This document shows, piece after piece, positions 1 through 10,001 of a DNA stretch of 64,000 bases; within the stretch, counting starts at the first letter, position 1, and every line of letters starts with the position of its first letter. The position numbers and the translations under genes were made by a program. The stretch covers positions 544,001 through 608,000 of the forward strand of contig CP009479.1 in assembly GCA_000965745.1 (NCBI GenBank), read 5' to 3'. The notes under the pieces were generated by a model. That model saw only the letters and a list, made by a program, of their open reading frames with translations. It was not told the origin of the DNA and did no database searches. The stretch is from an uncultured archaeon (GTDB lineage Archaea; Thermoplasmatota; Thermoplasmata; Thermoplasmatales; Thermoplasmataceae).

Positions 1-81
1 AAATTTTAATACCACATTCATATTTTTTGCACATTTCTTCAAATCATTAGGCCACAATACTTAAGACACATCAAGACAGAG

Positions 82-618
82 CTAGAAATTGATGGGCGGG
101 GCCCTTCTCTTCATGAAAAGTGAAACAAGTATTGTAACAAAGCCAATGAATGCGGATATCCCGCCAGAGGAACTAAGATAGCCTGAATACATCAGAGGGA
201 TTGACGGAGTTATGGTGAAAGCAATAACATCATTTTCTGGTTCAACAAATGCATACGAACCGGATTTGACGTTGTTGAAATATATGTCTACGGTATTGTT
301 ATAGGGCTTTTCAACATTGTATTGCCTGAAGTTCGAAGCGTTTACGTGAGAAAGGTCAGATTGAGGTACAAGGGCAAACTGGCCAGGTACCCCTCCGCTC
401 GAGGGCTTTGGGACAAACATCATGTCAGATTCCTGGTTTGTCAGCTTGGGTGGAACATCAATTACGTAAAGCCCGTTTTCCTGCTTTGTGTAGTTGGATG
501 AGAAGTGTATCTTTGAGGATTTTCCGTGGAAATACGGGTTTATTACAAGACTTACAGAGATTAGTGATATGCCCACGATGAAGAGTGATACTCCAGCCAG
601 GAACAATATTCTGTTCAT
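82..618 (-). CDS. hypothetical membrane protein (N- and C-terminal TM helices flanking a soluble domain)
   Basis: Hydrophobic N-terminus ILFLAGVSLFIVGISLISVSLVI and C-terminus GISAFIGFVTILVSLFMKRR; ATG at 618 preferred over TTG at 621. Confidence 0.7.
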   Translation of the reverse strand: MNRILFLAGVSLFIVGISLISVSLVINPYFHGKSSKIHFSSNYTKQENGLYVIDVPPKLTNQESDMMFVPKPSSGGVPGQFALVPQSDLSHVNASNFRQYNVEKPYNNTVDIYFNNVKSGSYAFVEPENDVIAFTITPSIPLMYSGYLSSSGGISAFIGFVTILVSLFMKRRAPPINF

Positions 619-761
619 CAATTATTGCAAACGGGTAGAATTTATTATAGTTATCGCTCCAGCAATGCCGAAAAGAACAAGGAGGAGAAGTGCCACTGGA
701 TAACCCCTAAGATGCATTATCTAAGCTTAAAGCGGCAAAGAAATAATTTCAAGTGTTCTTT

Positions 762-1904
762 TCAGAATGATGGCGGAAGCCCAAGAGAGTGCCTCGCTAT
801 CAGTGAAAGCGTCATCTGCTCCGAAACGGGGCCGACCCTGAACAGCCTCAGGTTTCTCCAATGCAGTTCTACACCCATGTCTATGGAAAAAGACATCCCG
901 CCAAAAACCTGCATTGCGTGATCTGCGATTTCATACGCAGATTTTGCTGAAAGGTACGCAGCAGCATTTGCCTCAAACATTCCATCCTCTCCGGAATCCC
1001 TCTTTCTTGCTGCTTCATCTATAAGGCGCCAGCTTGCCTCCAGCATAATCCTGCCGTGGGCAAGTGGAAACTGAATGGACTGGTTTGAGCCGAGCTGCCT
1101 CCCGAAAAGTTTTCTGTCCTTCGCGTATTGTGTGGCAAGATTCAGGACTAACTCACCGGTCCCCATGGATATTGATGCCGTTGAGAGGCGCTCAAGGTTC
1201 AGTATTCCCGTCAGTGCACGCCACCCTTTTCCTTCTTCTCCTAGGATGTCGTCTTCGGAAAGTTCCACGTTGTCAAAGAATACTTCGCATGAGCCCAGCG
1301 ACCTGAGAGCAATATCGTCAATTCTTGATGAAGTTATGTTCTTGTGCTCCTTCGGGTCAATTGCGAACAGTGTCAGCCCCTTGGTACTCTTGGTGCTTTC
1401 CTTGGATGTGCGTGCAAGAACAAGCATAAGATCTGACATATGGGCCATGGTTATCCAGATCTTCCTTCCCGAAAGAACTAGCTTTCCGTTTGCCCTTTCT
1501 GCGTGCGTGGAAATGTTCAATGTGTCTGTTCCGGCGTTTGGCTCGGTAATGGCAATTGACGATATGACCTCATTCTTTGCAACCCTGGGAAGAAACTTCT
1601 CCTTCTGATGTTCATTTCCTAGGGATGCAATGGAGTAGGCTCCGAATACGTTGTGAGCCATAACGAGGTCTCCTGCAGCGACACCATGTATGGAAGATAC
1701 GTGCTTTACAATCCGCACGTAATCTGATACTGAAAGACCGCTGCCCCCATATTCTTCTGGAAGAAAGAGCGTCGTTAGGCCCAGTTCCTGTATCGATTTC
1801 AGAAACTCCGAGGGAAATTCCGCCTTCCTGTCCTTCTCCACCCAGTATCTGTTGTCAAATTTTTCAGTCCCCTGGTTTATGTAGCTGATAATTGTATCGA
1901 GCAT
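762..1904 (-). CDS. acyl-CoA dehydrogenase
   Basis: LPEEYGG, AITEPNAGTD, GRKIWIT, LNLERL, AMQVFGG motifs. Confidence 0.93.
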   Translation of the reverse strand: MLDTIISYINQGTEKFDNRYWVEKDRKAEFPSEFLKSIQELGLTTLFLPEEYGGSGLSVSDYVRIVKHVSSIHGVAAGDLVMAHNVFGAYSIASLGNEHQKEKFLPRVAKNEVISSIAITEPNAGTDTLNISTHAERANGKLVLSGRKIWITMAHMSDLMLVLARTSKESTKSTKGLTLFAIDPKEHKNITSSRIDDIALRSLGSCEVFFDNVELSEDDILGEEGKGWRALTGILNLERLSTASISMGTGELVLNLATQYAKDRKLFGRQLGSNQSIQFPLAHGRIMLEASWRLIDEAARKRDSGEDGMFEANAAAYLSAKSAYEIADHAMQVFGGMSFSIDMGVELHWRNLRLFRVGPVSEQMTLSLIARHSLGLPPSF

Positions 1905-1923
1905 CTTTGTTCACATCCATATT

Positions 1924-4281
1924 CTATTGAGCGGCCTTTGGTTCTCTGGACTTCTCAATAGCTTTAAGAACTTTTTCTCCCCAGAATGGAAGAGAGGTAA
2001 CCCTTCCATTTGTTGCATCGTACACCGCATTTCCAACTGCCCCGGATATCATGATAATGCCCATTTCTGCAATTCCCTTGCCGCCAAATGGACCCTCTCT
2101 GCTTTCCGATTCAATGAATTCAACCTCTATCTCCGGAATTTCGGTTATGCCCGGGACCTCGTAATCGGAGAAGCCAGTGTTGACGACCTCACCCCGCTCG
2201 GTAGCAAGTTCCTCGAATAGAGTGTGCCCCAAGGCCTGGGCAGCCCCCCCTATTATCTGGCCCTTGGCCCCCTTCGGGTTGATGATTGTGCCGCAGTCCG
2301 CGACAACCACGATCTTAAGGGGCGTAACTGCACCGGTTTCAGTGTCGACTTCAACAAGGGCCGCGGTTGCTCCGGTCACATAATCGGACGAAATGTTCCC
2401 TTTATTGGTTTTGGTATCTGCCATCTCGGTGTCGGGATCAAAGTAATGGTAACTGAGATATGTCTTTCCATTGTTCCTGAAATGGGACTTTCTTACAAAC
2501 TTGCCGAGATCCATGGTCTTTGAACTGTCAGACCTGGATTTGATTATGCCCTGCTCTATGACCAGGTCCTCCAGATCCGTTTTGAGCAGATCTGCAGCAT
2601 CTTTCAGAAGAGTCTCCTTCAGCTCCCCCGCCGCCCTCTGTGCAGCGGCTCCGTTTACAAATGTGCCTCTGCTGGCGTGTGTGGCCGTGTCCCATGGCCT
2701 GAGTTCCGAATCGCCTTTGTAAACGACGCTGACCTTTTCCAGTGGGACACCTAGCTCAGAAGCAACGATCTGTGAAAGTGCCTGTATGGAACCCTGCCCG
2801 ATCTCGCTTATCCCTGTGAACAGGGTCACGTTGGCGTAATCGTCCATTTTGAGGATAGCACCGCTTCCGTCGGTGTGGTAGACTCTTGCCCCGCCGCCTA
2901 CATGGAAGAGGCCTGAGAACCCAATTCCACGCTTTTTTGCTCCATTGCCTGGTTGCATGTGGGGGCCCTTCCAGCCGATCTTCTCAGCAGCAATTTCCAG
3001 GGCCCTCTTCAGGTTTGAGTTTCTGGCAAACATTCCCTGAGGAGTCATGTAGTCTCCCTGGTGTGCATTGACCAGCCTGAATTCAAGCGGGTCCATTCCA
3101 AGTTGTGAGGCGACCATATCATGGTGCGATTCCAGGGCGAAGTCCATCTGGGGATTTCCTGCACCCCTCATGTTGATCGTGTACACATTGTTAGTGTAAA
3201 CAGCCCTGGCGTCGAACTTCACGTTCTCGACCTTATAAAGGCCTGTAACAGTAGAAGCCATCACCCTGGCATCAAAGGCTCCCCATGAAACATATGCTCC
3301 CGTGTCAAGGATGGCGTCTACCTCTCTTGCGAGGATTTTTCCACGCTTGTCCACGCCAGTTTTGATCCTGACTTTCAAGGGCTGCCTGGTTGGCGAATAC
3401 TTGAAGTCTTCGGTCCTGTCCAGGACTATCTTCACGGGCCTTCCTGTCTTTAACGCCAGGGAGGCAACTATGACCTCGAAGGGATAGAGTGCCATACCCC
3501 TGCCGAACGTTCCGCCAATGTAGGGCTGGGATATCCTTATTCTTGAGGGGTCGAAATTGATTGCCTCACCAAGCTCCCTCTTCAGCTGGAACGGCTGTTG
3601 GGTATTGGACACAAGTACCAGATTCCTCGACTCGTCAAATTTTGCCAGAGCAGCAAGTGTGCCCATTGGCGCGAATGCCACCCTGGGGACGCTAAATTCG
3701 TCCTCCCTCACCAGGAAGCTTTTGCTGAAGCCTTCCCCAATGTCTCCCGACTCCACATTGAAATTTGCTTTCACAACGTTTGAGCCAGTCTCCTCGTGTA
3801 CGAGAGGGGCTCCTTCCCTTAGTGCAGCATCAGCGTCGAAGACCCCTTCGTACGTTTCATATTCAATCTTCACGTCCTCCTGCACATCGTGTGCCGCCCT
3901 TTCAGGATCAGTGGTTGCAATCGCGAGAATCTCGTCTCCCAGCGACCTGATCTTCGGATACTTGAGAGGCGGGTTGTCCCTCAAGGGGCCAATCATGTTG
4001 AAGCCGGAATCTTTTCCGGTTATGACAGCCTTCACATGATCTCTTTCGAGCAGCTTGCTGTAATCAATGCTCTTGATCACACCATGTGGAATTGGGCTCC
4101 TTACTATGTAAGCATAGAGCATCCCTGGCAATTCCATATCGTTTATGTACTCTGCAAAACCCCTAACCTTGTCTTCCCCGTCGAAAGTCCTTGGAACTGA
4201 TGTTCCTATATACCCCTGCCTTTCTTTCTTCAAGTGTTGTATCTGCTGGGTCTCCGGATTTTCTTCAACTGCTCTTGACAT
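1924..4281 (-). CDS. xanthine dehydrogenase-family molybdopterin-binding large subunit (HcrA/CoxL-like)
   Basis: RSPIPHG, IGGTFG, MRGAGNPQ, EIGQGS, ASRGT, DCGTIINP, GQIIGG, GPFGGKGIAE motifs. Confidence 0.92.
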   Translation of the reverse strand: MSRAVEENPETQQIQHLKKERQGYIGTSVPRTFDGEDKVRGFAEYINDMELPGMLYAYIVRSPIPHGVIKSIDYSKLLERDHVKAVITGKDSGFNMIGPLRDNPPLKYPKIRSLGDEILAIATTDPERAAHDVQEDVKIEYETYEGVFDADAALREGAPLVHEETGSNVVKANFNVESGDIGEGFSKSFLVREDEFSVPRVAFAPMGTLAALAKFDESRNLVLVSNTQQPFQLKRELGEAINFDPSRIRISQPYIGGTFGRGMALYPFEVIVASLALKTGRPVKIVLDRTEDFKYSPTRQPLKVRIKTGVDKRGKILAREVDAILDTGAYVSWGAFDARVMASTVTGLYKVENVKFDARAVYTNNVYTINMRGAGNPQMDFALESHHDMVASQLGMDPLEFRLVNAHQGDYMTPQGMFARNSNLKRALEIAAEKIGWKGPHMQPGNGAKKRGIGFSGLFHVGGGARVYHTDGSGAILKMDDYANVTLFTGISEIGQGSIQALSQIVASELGVPLEKVSVVYKGDSELRPWDTATHASRGTFVNGAAAQRAAGELKETLLKDAADLLKTDLEDLVIEQGIIKSRSDSSKTMDLGKFVRKSHFRNNGKTYLSYHYFDPDTEMADTKTNKGNISSDYVTGATAALVEVDTETGAVTPLKIVVVADCGTIINPKGAKGQIIGGAAQALGHTLFEELATERGEVVNTGFSDYEVPGITEIPEIEVEFIESESREGPFGGKGIAEMGIIMISGAVGNAVYDATNGRVTSLPFWGEKVLKAIEKSREPKAAQ

Positions 4282-4414
4282 TCAATGAAAGCTAGCGTTA
4301 GGGCTGTATTTATTTTTATGTGTCTCAGAAATGCTCTGTGCTATTCACTTATATACCATGAATAAGAAATTAGTGGTTTTCATAGTTTCTTTTGGAAGAA
4401 ATGAAAAAGAATGT

Positions 4415-5383
4415 TCAGAGATCGATCTCTGTGAATTCATTCTTCTCAATAGCTTTCTCGTAAAGGTATCTGGCGGATATCACGTCAAGAGTCGCGTATC
4501 CAACGGACTTGAAGATCGTTATGTCCCCGTCCCTCCTTTCCAGTTTGGACCTGCCCGATATAAGGCCGTCCAGTTCAAGGAAATCTTCTATCCTCAGAAT
4601 TCCGTCATCAACTGCGGACATTATGTCACCGGCCTCCTTCATGACGTATTCTGTCCTGTCCAGTATCACGTGGTTTGCGCGCTCAATTGTCGTTCGGTCA
4701 AGCTCCCTTCTGTTCGGAAGTGTTCCTATACTGGAAATGTGGCATCCTTTCTTCAGGTGTTGGCCATCAAGCACAGGAACTTCAGAATCTGTAGCAACGA
4801 TCAGTACGTCCGCATCCTGCACAGCCTGATTTGAATCGGACGCTTCAGAAACCTTCTGGCCCATTTTCCTGATCTTCTCTGCGAAGCTTCTTCTGTGCTC
4901 AGGGTTTGGGCTGAAAACAGTAATGCTTTCAAAGTTCCTTGATGCGATGGTTGCCTTAGTGAGGAAATCTGCTTCTAGGCCGGAGCCTATCACGCCAAGC
5001 TTCCTTGAATCTTCCCGTGATGCGTATTTTGTCCCAAGCCCAGCCATTGCCCCTGTCCTGAGGGCTGTGACGTAATTTGAGTCCAGAACTGCAAGCACTT
5101 CACCGGTGGATGCCTTGGAGAGCATTGTGAGGCCTGTTGCCTTTGGAAGTGATTTCTTAGGGTTTCCCTTGTATTCTGAAACCAGTTTCACCAGGAATGT
5201 ATCCCTGGTGAAATCAACAACCGGCATTGAGAGCCAGACTGATCTGGATTCCTCAATAGTGATGACCTGCCTCATGGGGAGAATGCCCTCAGTCTTCCTT
5301 ACTATCTCTTTTTCCAGGTATCCCAGAAATTCGGCCATATCTGAAACTGATTCAGAGGTCTGGTAGTTGATGAATTTTGTCAC
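4415..5383 (-). CDS. ornithine cyclodeaminase / mu-crystallin / archaeal alanine dehydrogenase family protein
   Basis: TALRTGA, VIGSGLEA, HISSIG, ITIFKSVGYATLD motifs. Confidence 0.9.
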   Translation of the reverse strand: MTKFINYQTSESVSDMAEFLGYLEKEIVRKTEGILPMRQVITIEESRSVWLSMPVVDFTRDTFLVKLVSEYKGNPKKSLPKATGLTMLSKASTGEVLAVLDSNYVTALRTGAMAGLGTKYASREDSRKLGVIGSGLEADFLTKATIASRNFESITVFSPNPEHRRSFAEKIRKMGQKVSEASDSNQAVQDADVLIVATDSEVPVLDGQHLKKGCHISSIGTLPNRRELDRTTIERANHVILDRTEYVMKEAGDIMSAVDDGILRIEDFLELDGLISGRSKLERRDGDITIFKSVGYATLDVISARYLYEKAIEKNEFTEIDL

Positions 5384-5389
5384 GCTGAC

Positions 5390-6526
5390 TCACTCCTTTG
5401 CCCCGGGCATGTTGAGGGTTCTTTCAGCTATACTGACCAGTGCCAGCTGTTCGGATATAGGCCCCATTCTGTAGTATCTTATGTCCCTGTACAGTTTCTC
5501 AACAAAGCCAGACAGGTATCCGCTGGCTCCCAGAGTCTGAAGAGCTGCATCTATGGCCATAGAAGCGGCATTGACCGAATGGTAATATGCGCCCATTGGA
5601 ATGTCCCTGTTCCTGTCAATTTCACCGTTGTCCATCATTTCCGAACCGCGAAGGATGTACGCCTCTGATGCTGACAGCTCAATGAAAGCTCTTGCCAATG
5701 GAAACTGGATTCCCTGGTTTGAGCCTATCTTCCGTCCAAATACTTCCCTCTCCCTGGCATATTCAGCCGCCCTGTCCAGTGCCATCCTCCCCATTCCGAC
5801 AAACATGGCGCCAAGGGCAAGCCTGTCTGCGGCAAAGGTTCTTGATAGAAATGACCACGCCCTGTCGATCTCTCCGAGCACGGCATCCCTGGATACTTTG
5901 ACTCCGTTGAATGATACCGAATATAGCGGCAGAAAATTCAGCCCCATTTTTCCAAGACTCACAAAGCTCGTTTTGGCTGGCTGCTTTTCTGTTATCACGA
6001 ATGTTGTCAGGCCGTGGCTCTTCTTATCAGAAGGGGGAGATGTGCGGGCTGCAACCATGAGGTAATCCGCACCCTTGCCGTTCGTGACACAGTACTTGTC
6101 ACCGGTGATGCTGTAGTTACCGTCACCTGTCTGAACCGCCTCTGTATTTATGGAGAGTGCATCGGCCCCTGACTGCTCCTCCGTAAGGGCAAGATTCACC
6201 TTCGCCTTTCCTGCCATCACCTCTGGAAGCAGAGACCTCAGCTTCTCCGTGCCATGGTCGTCAAAGAGCTTTGCAGAAAGATTCTGCGCAACAAAATAGT
6301 AGGTGAGCGTCCCGGCTCTCCTGCTCATATCAAGAATATTCTGCACGAATTCCGAAAAACTGATTTCTGATCCTCCGTTCTTATTTGAAACCAAGAGGCC
6401 GAACCTGTTGTCCGCTCCCAAAGCAGAGAAAAAATCCTCCGGAAATTCATTCTTTTCAGAAACATGATCATAATAGATTTCATCGTACTTGGAAGTAAAT
6501 TTGCTTACCCAGTCTTTTTCCAACAA
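5390..6526 (-). CDS. acyl-CoA dehydrogenase family protein
   Basis: ALTEEQSGAD, GDKYCVTNG, REVFGRKIGSNQGIQF, LQTLGASGY. Confidence 0.9.
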   Translation of the reverse strand: MLEKDWVSKFTSKYDEIYYDHVSEKNEFPEDFFSALGADNRFGLLVSNKNGGSEISFSEFVQNILDMSRRAGTLTYYFVAQNLSAKLFDDHGTEKLRSLLPEVMAGKAKVNLALTEEQSGADALSINTEAVQTGDGNYSITGDKYCVTNGKGADYLMVAARTSPPSDKKSHGLTTFVITEKQPAKTSFVSLGKMGLNFLPLYSVSFNGVKVSRDAVLGEIDRAWSFLSRTFAADRLALGAMFVGMGRMALDRAAEYAREREVFGRKIGSNQGIQFPLARAFIELSASEAYILRGSEMMDNGEIDRNRDIPMGAYYHSVNAASMAIDAALQTLGASGYLSGFVEKLYRDIRYYRMGPISEQLALVSIAERTLNMPGAKE

Positions 6527-6701
6527 TCAACACCTATCCTTCTTCATAATTACATCAAACATCCATTTATTCTTACTGGCCGAGTATATCGCGACGGGAA
6601 ATAGAAGGCGCCATGCCGGCCATTGTAAGGCCGGTAAAGGCGTACTTTGCATAAGGGCCTTCCATGGTGTGCAGCTTCTGTACACACCGGAGAGCGGCTT
6701 C

Positions 6702-7472
6702 CTACTTTCCCGAATAATTCGCTTTTCTTTTCTCCAGGAAGGCCTTTATACCTTCTTTTAGGTCGTCAGTGTAGAAAAGTGACGAGTTCTCTTTGAGCTG
6801 GTACTCCATGCCTTCATCAATGCTCATCTCTGCCCCGTTGTTTACTACGGACTTTATTGCGCCCATTGCAAGCGGGGCCTTCTCTGATAGTGCAGAACTT
6901 ATTTCCTCAACTTTCGCCATCAGTTCATCGGGCTCCTTGACCCAGTTAACAAGACCAAAGGACATTGCGGTGTCAGCAGTCATCCATTCCCCGAGGAGAG
7001 CTATTTCCTTTGCCTTGAGCTTCCCTACTATACGGGGAAGCCTGACGAGAATCCCTGCGCCAGGGCTTATTGCCACGTTAACCTCTGGAAGCCCGAATTT
7101 CGCTTTGCTCGATGCCACAACCATGTCCACGGCCTGTATCGTCTCAAGGTTGCAGTGGCCGTTAACCGCTGCAATTATTGGTTTCCTGACATGTTCGAGC
7201 AGCCTGAACAGATCTATTACTTTCCTGTTGAAGCGCTCAATGCCTTTTGAGTCGAAAGCGAGAAATTCCTGAAGGTCGCCCCCCACCGAAAACGCCCTCC
7301 CCTTTCCTGTAAGCACAATCACTCTTGTATCATCGTCATACTTTGAATTGTTCAGGAAGTCTGTAAGTTCATCCACCAGCGCCTCGTTCCATGAGTTCAG
7401 GCTGTCGGGCCTGTTGAAATACACTGTGGCAACCTTGTTGTTCTTTATAACTTCTATATTCTCATAATCCAT
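6702..7472 (-). CDS. enoyl-CoA hydratase/isomerase family protein
   Basis: NRPDSLNS, GRAFSVGGDL, KPIIAAVNG, FGLPEV, EGIKAFLEKR; start placed at MDYENIE (7472). Confidence 0.92.
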   Translation of the reverse strand: MDYENIEVIKNNKVATVYFNRPDSLNSWNEALVDELTDFLNNSKYDDDTRVIVLTGKGRAFSVGGDLQEFLAFDSKGIERFNRKVIDLFRLLEHVRKPIIAAVNGHCNLETIQAVDMVVASSKAKFGLPEVNVAISPGAGILVRLPRIVGKLKAKEIALLGEWMTADTAMSFGLVNWVKEPDELMAKVEEISSALSEKAPLAMGAIKSVVNNGAEMSIDEGMEYQLKENSSLFYTDDLKEGIKAFLEKRKANYSGK

Positions 7473-7627
7473 AGAACGTACCCTTCGTGACATACGGTGT
7501 TGAAGTATTAAATTTTGTTGCAATCAAATCATGAGCTAGCATTCAACGCCACCAAACAGAAATTTTTCCCCTTTTTTTAATAAATTTTGCCTTAAAGTAT
7601 GATAGAATCTATTATGTTGAAAACAGA

Positions 7628-7640
7628 AAAAATTTATAGA
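7628..7640 (+). promoter_or_regulatory. archaeal BRE/TATA promoter of acdAB (probably a leaderless transcript)
   Basis: AAAAATTTATA, with the TATA ending 22 nt before the ATG at 7661. Confidence 0.5.
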
Positions 7641-7660
7641 TAGTCTACCGTTGATATCTC

Positions 7661-9055
7661 ATGCTCAAAGATCTTTTCAGCCCACACGCAGTGGCCATAA
7701 TAGGAGCTTCACAGGACCCCACAAAAATAGGCAATGCAATCCTCAGAAATATGATAGATTCGGGCTACAAGGGTAACATCATTCCCATAAATCCCTCGAG
7801 CCAGGAAGTTATGGGGTTGAGGTTCTACCCATCAATTGACAAAGTGGACGATACGCCGGAGCTTGCAGTGATAGCGCTCCCTGCCTCCAGGACCATTGAT
7901 GCCCTCAAAGGTTGTGTTGAAAGAGGGGTCAAATTCGTAATTATCATAGCTGGAGGGTTTTCTGAGCTTGGAAAGGAAGGCAGAGACAGGGAATTGCAAT
8001 TGCTCGACATCATCAAGGGGACTGATACCCGCATCATAGGCCCGAATACACTTGGAGTGTATTTTCCCCATATCGGTGTGAATACAGCCCTCACGTCACC
8101 GGGAAGAATGGCATTCCTGCCAAAAGGGGAGATTGCGTTCGTATCGCAGAGCGGTGCCCTTGGCCTTCTCACCATGGACGGCGTTTCTGAGTATAATGTT
8201 GGAATCTCTGCATTTCTCAATCTCGGGAACCGGGTGGACCTGAATGAGGTTGAACTCCTTGACTATTTTGCGGCAGATGAGCTGACAAAGAGCATAGTCC
8301 TATATCTGGAGAGTGTTCCGAAAGGAAGGGAATTCTTCAGCAAGGTCAAGGAGATAACCATGAAGAAGCCAGTCGTAGTCCTTAAGTCAGGAAGGACAGA
8401 GGAATCTGCTGTCGCTGCATCCCTGCATACAGGGGCCATGGCTTCTGACGATGCAGTCGTAAATGGCGCGATTTCCCAGGCAGGTGCGGTTCGGGCATAC
8501 GATGAGACCGAGATGATGGATTTTGGAAGAGTGCTGGCGTACTCAGGAAGGATCAGTGGAGACAGGATCGCCATAATCACCACAGCAGGGGGTGTTGGAG
8601 TCATCACTGCAGACTACATATCCTCTAAGGTCAATGGAATAGGCATGAGGCTTGCCAGCCTGTCAGATGAGACCAAGAGGAGAATCAGGGAAGTTGTTGT
8701 ACCGTTTGCATCAGTTAATAACCCGATTGACCTCACAGCAGATGGAAGCGTCGATAATTTCGACAAGGTAATAGGGATACTTGAAGAGGATGATGAAGTG
8801 GACGGCATAATTGCATATCCGCTTCCACAGACTCCTAAGATGGGTGTTGGAGTCGTTGATGTGATAAATAAGTACAAGGGTGGCAGGAAGCCCATTATTG
8901 TTGGAGTGCTGGGTTCCAAAATTGCCAAAGAACTCATCATAGAGTTTGAGAAGAGGAAGATTCCGGCATACCCGTCGGTCCACCGAACTGTGAAGGCTCT
9001 GGAGGCACTGCGCTCTTATAGCAGATATGTAGAGAGAAGGAGGGGTTCTAGATGA
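7661..9055 (+). CDS. acdA: ADP-forming acetate/acyl-CoA ligase, alpha subunit
   Basis: AIIGAS, RIIGPNTLG, VSQSGALG, GNRVD, KSGRT, SLHTGAMA (phospho-His), NNPIDLT. Confidence 0.92.
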   Translation: MLKDLFSPHAVAIIGASQDPTKIGNAILRNMIDSGYKGNIIPINPSSQEVMGLRFYPSIDKVDDTPELAVIALPASRTIDALKGCVERGVKFVIIIAGGFSELGKEGRDRELQLLDIIKGTDTRIIGPNTLGVYFPHIGVNTALTSPGRMAFLPKGEIAFVSQSGALGLLTMDGVSEYNVGISAFLNLGNRVDLNEVELLDYFAADELTKSIVLYLESVPKGREFFSKVKEITMKKPVVVLKSGRTEESAVAASLHTGAMASDDAVVNGAISQAGAVRAYDETEMMDFGRVLAYSGRISGDRIAIITTAGGVGVITADYISSKVNGIGMRLASLSDETKRRIREVVVPFASVNNPIDLTADGSVDNFDKVIGILEEDDEVDGIIAYPLPQTPKMGVGVVDVINKYKGGRKPIIVGVLGSKIAKELIIEFEKRKIPAYPSVHRTVKALEALRSYSRYVERRRGSR

Positions 9056-9774
9056 ATGCACAGGATGCCAGGAAGCTGATAAAGGAGGGGGGAGTTACAG
9101 AACATCTTCTCAAGGAGATGCTTGGACTATATGGAGTGTCAGTGCCAAAAGGGGTGGTCGTCAGGTCGCTGCCAGATCGGATCGACCTGAGGTTCCCGGT
9201 GGTCTTGAAAGTTTCAGACCCCGAAATTCTGCACAAGACTGAAGTCGGCGGAGTCAAGGTAGGCATATCCAGCCTTGCTGACCTTAGGGATGAGTTCTCA
9301 AAGATGTCAGGAAAATTCACTGGAAAGGATTTCCTCATAGAGGAGATGGCTGATCCCGGGGTGGAAATCATCATCGGAGTTCTTAGAGATTCCAACTTCG
9401 GGCACGTGCTGATGCTGGGAATGGGCGGCATATACACGGAACTCTACAATGATGTTGCATTCAGGCTTCTGCCCATAGAGAGAATCGATGCAGAAGAAAT
9501 GATTGAAGCTGTTGGAATAAGGAGATTTGTCGACGGCTTCAGGGGGAAAAAGATTTCAAAGCCTGACCTTGAAAACCTTCTGATCAGCATCTCTAAAATG
9601 GTTGTCGAGCTTGGGCCTGAAATAAAACAGCTCGACCTCAACCCCGTAATTCTCAGCGGGAATTCGGCGGTTGTTGCAGATGCTAAACTGTTGTCGGATA
9701 GATCGGATCAGGCCGATCAATCCTATTTTTCAACTTCTGTGAGCGGGAAATCCCCTTCCGAAAGGGAGGGATGA
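9052..9774 (+). CDS. acdB: ADP-forming acetate/acyl-CoA ligase, beta (ATP-grasp) subunit
   Basis: FPVVLKV, ILHKTEVGGV, EIIIG, FGHVLMLGMGG, LDLNP, ADAK; overlaps the acdA stop. Confidence 0.9.
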   Translation: MNAQDARKLIKEGGVTEHLLKEMLGLYGVSVPKGVVVRSLPDRIDLRFPVVLKVSDPEILHKTEVGGVKVGISSLADLRDEFSKMSGKFTGKDFLIEEMADPGVEIIIGVLRDSNFGHVLMLGMGGIYTELYNDVAFRLLPIERIDAEEMIEAVGIRRFVDGFRGKKISKPDLENLLISISKMVVELGPEIKQLDLNPVILSGNSAVVADAKLLSDRSDQADQSYFSTSVSGKSPSEREG

Positions 9775-10001
9775 AAGTGAACCTATTTGCGTCACAAACA
9801 GATGTAATTCCTGTTCGCTGGCAGACAGAAGTGAAAGTGGTCGGATAGCATATTGCTCCATGCATGCCTGCGTCCGTAAAGTCAGGTGGCTGAGCATGGA
9901 GGACATAGTACCTTCGGGCCAAGGGGAATTCAAGCCTGTGGAGATTCCGCCAGCAACCTTTGAAGCAGGAAGCTCCCTGTGAAAGCTGGGAGAGGAGGTC
10001 A

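Noticed and set aside
1924-4281. Aerobic CO dehydrogenase CoxL
   Set aside because: It lacks the form I AYxCSFR loop and there are no coxM/coxS neighbours.
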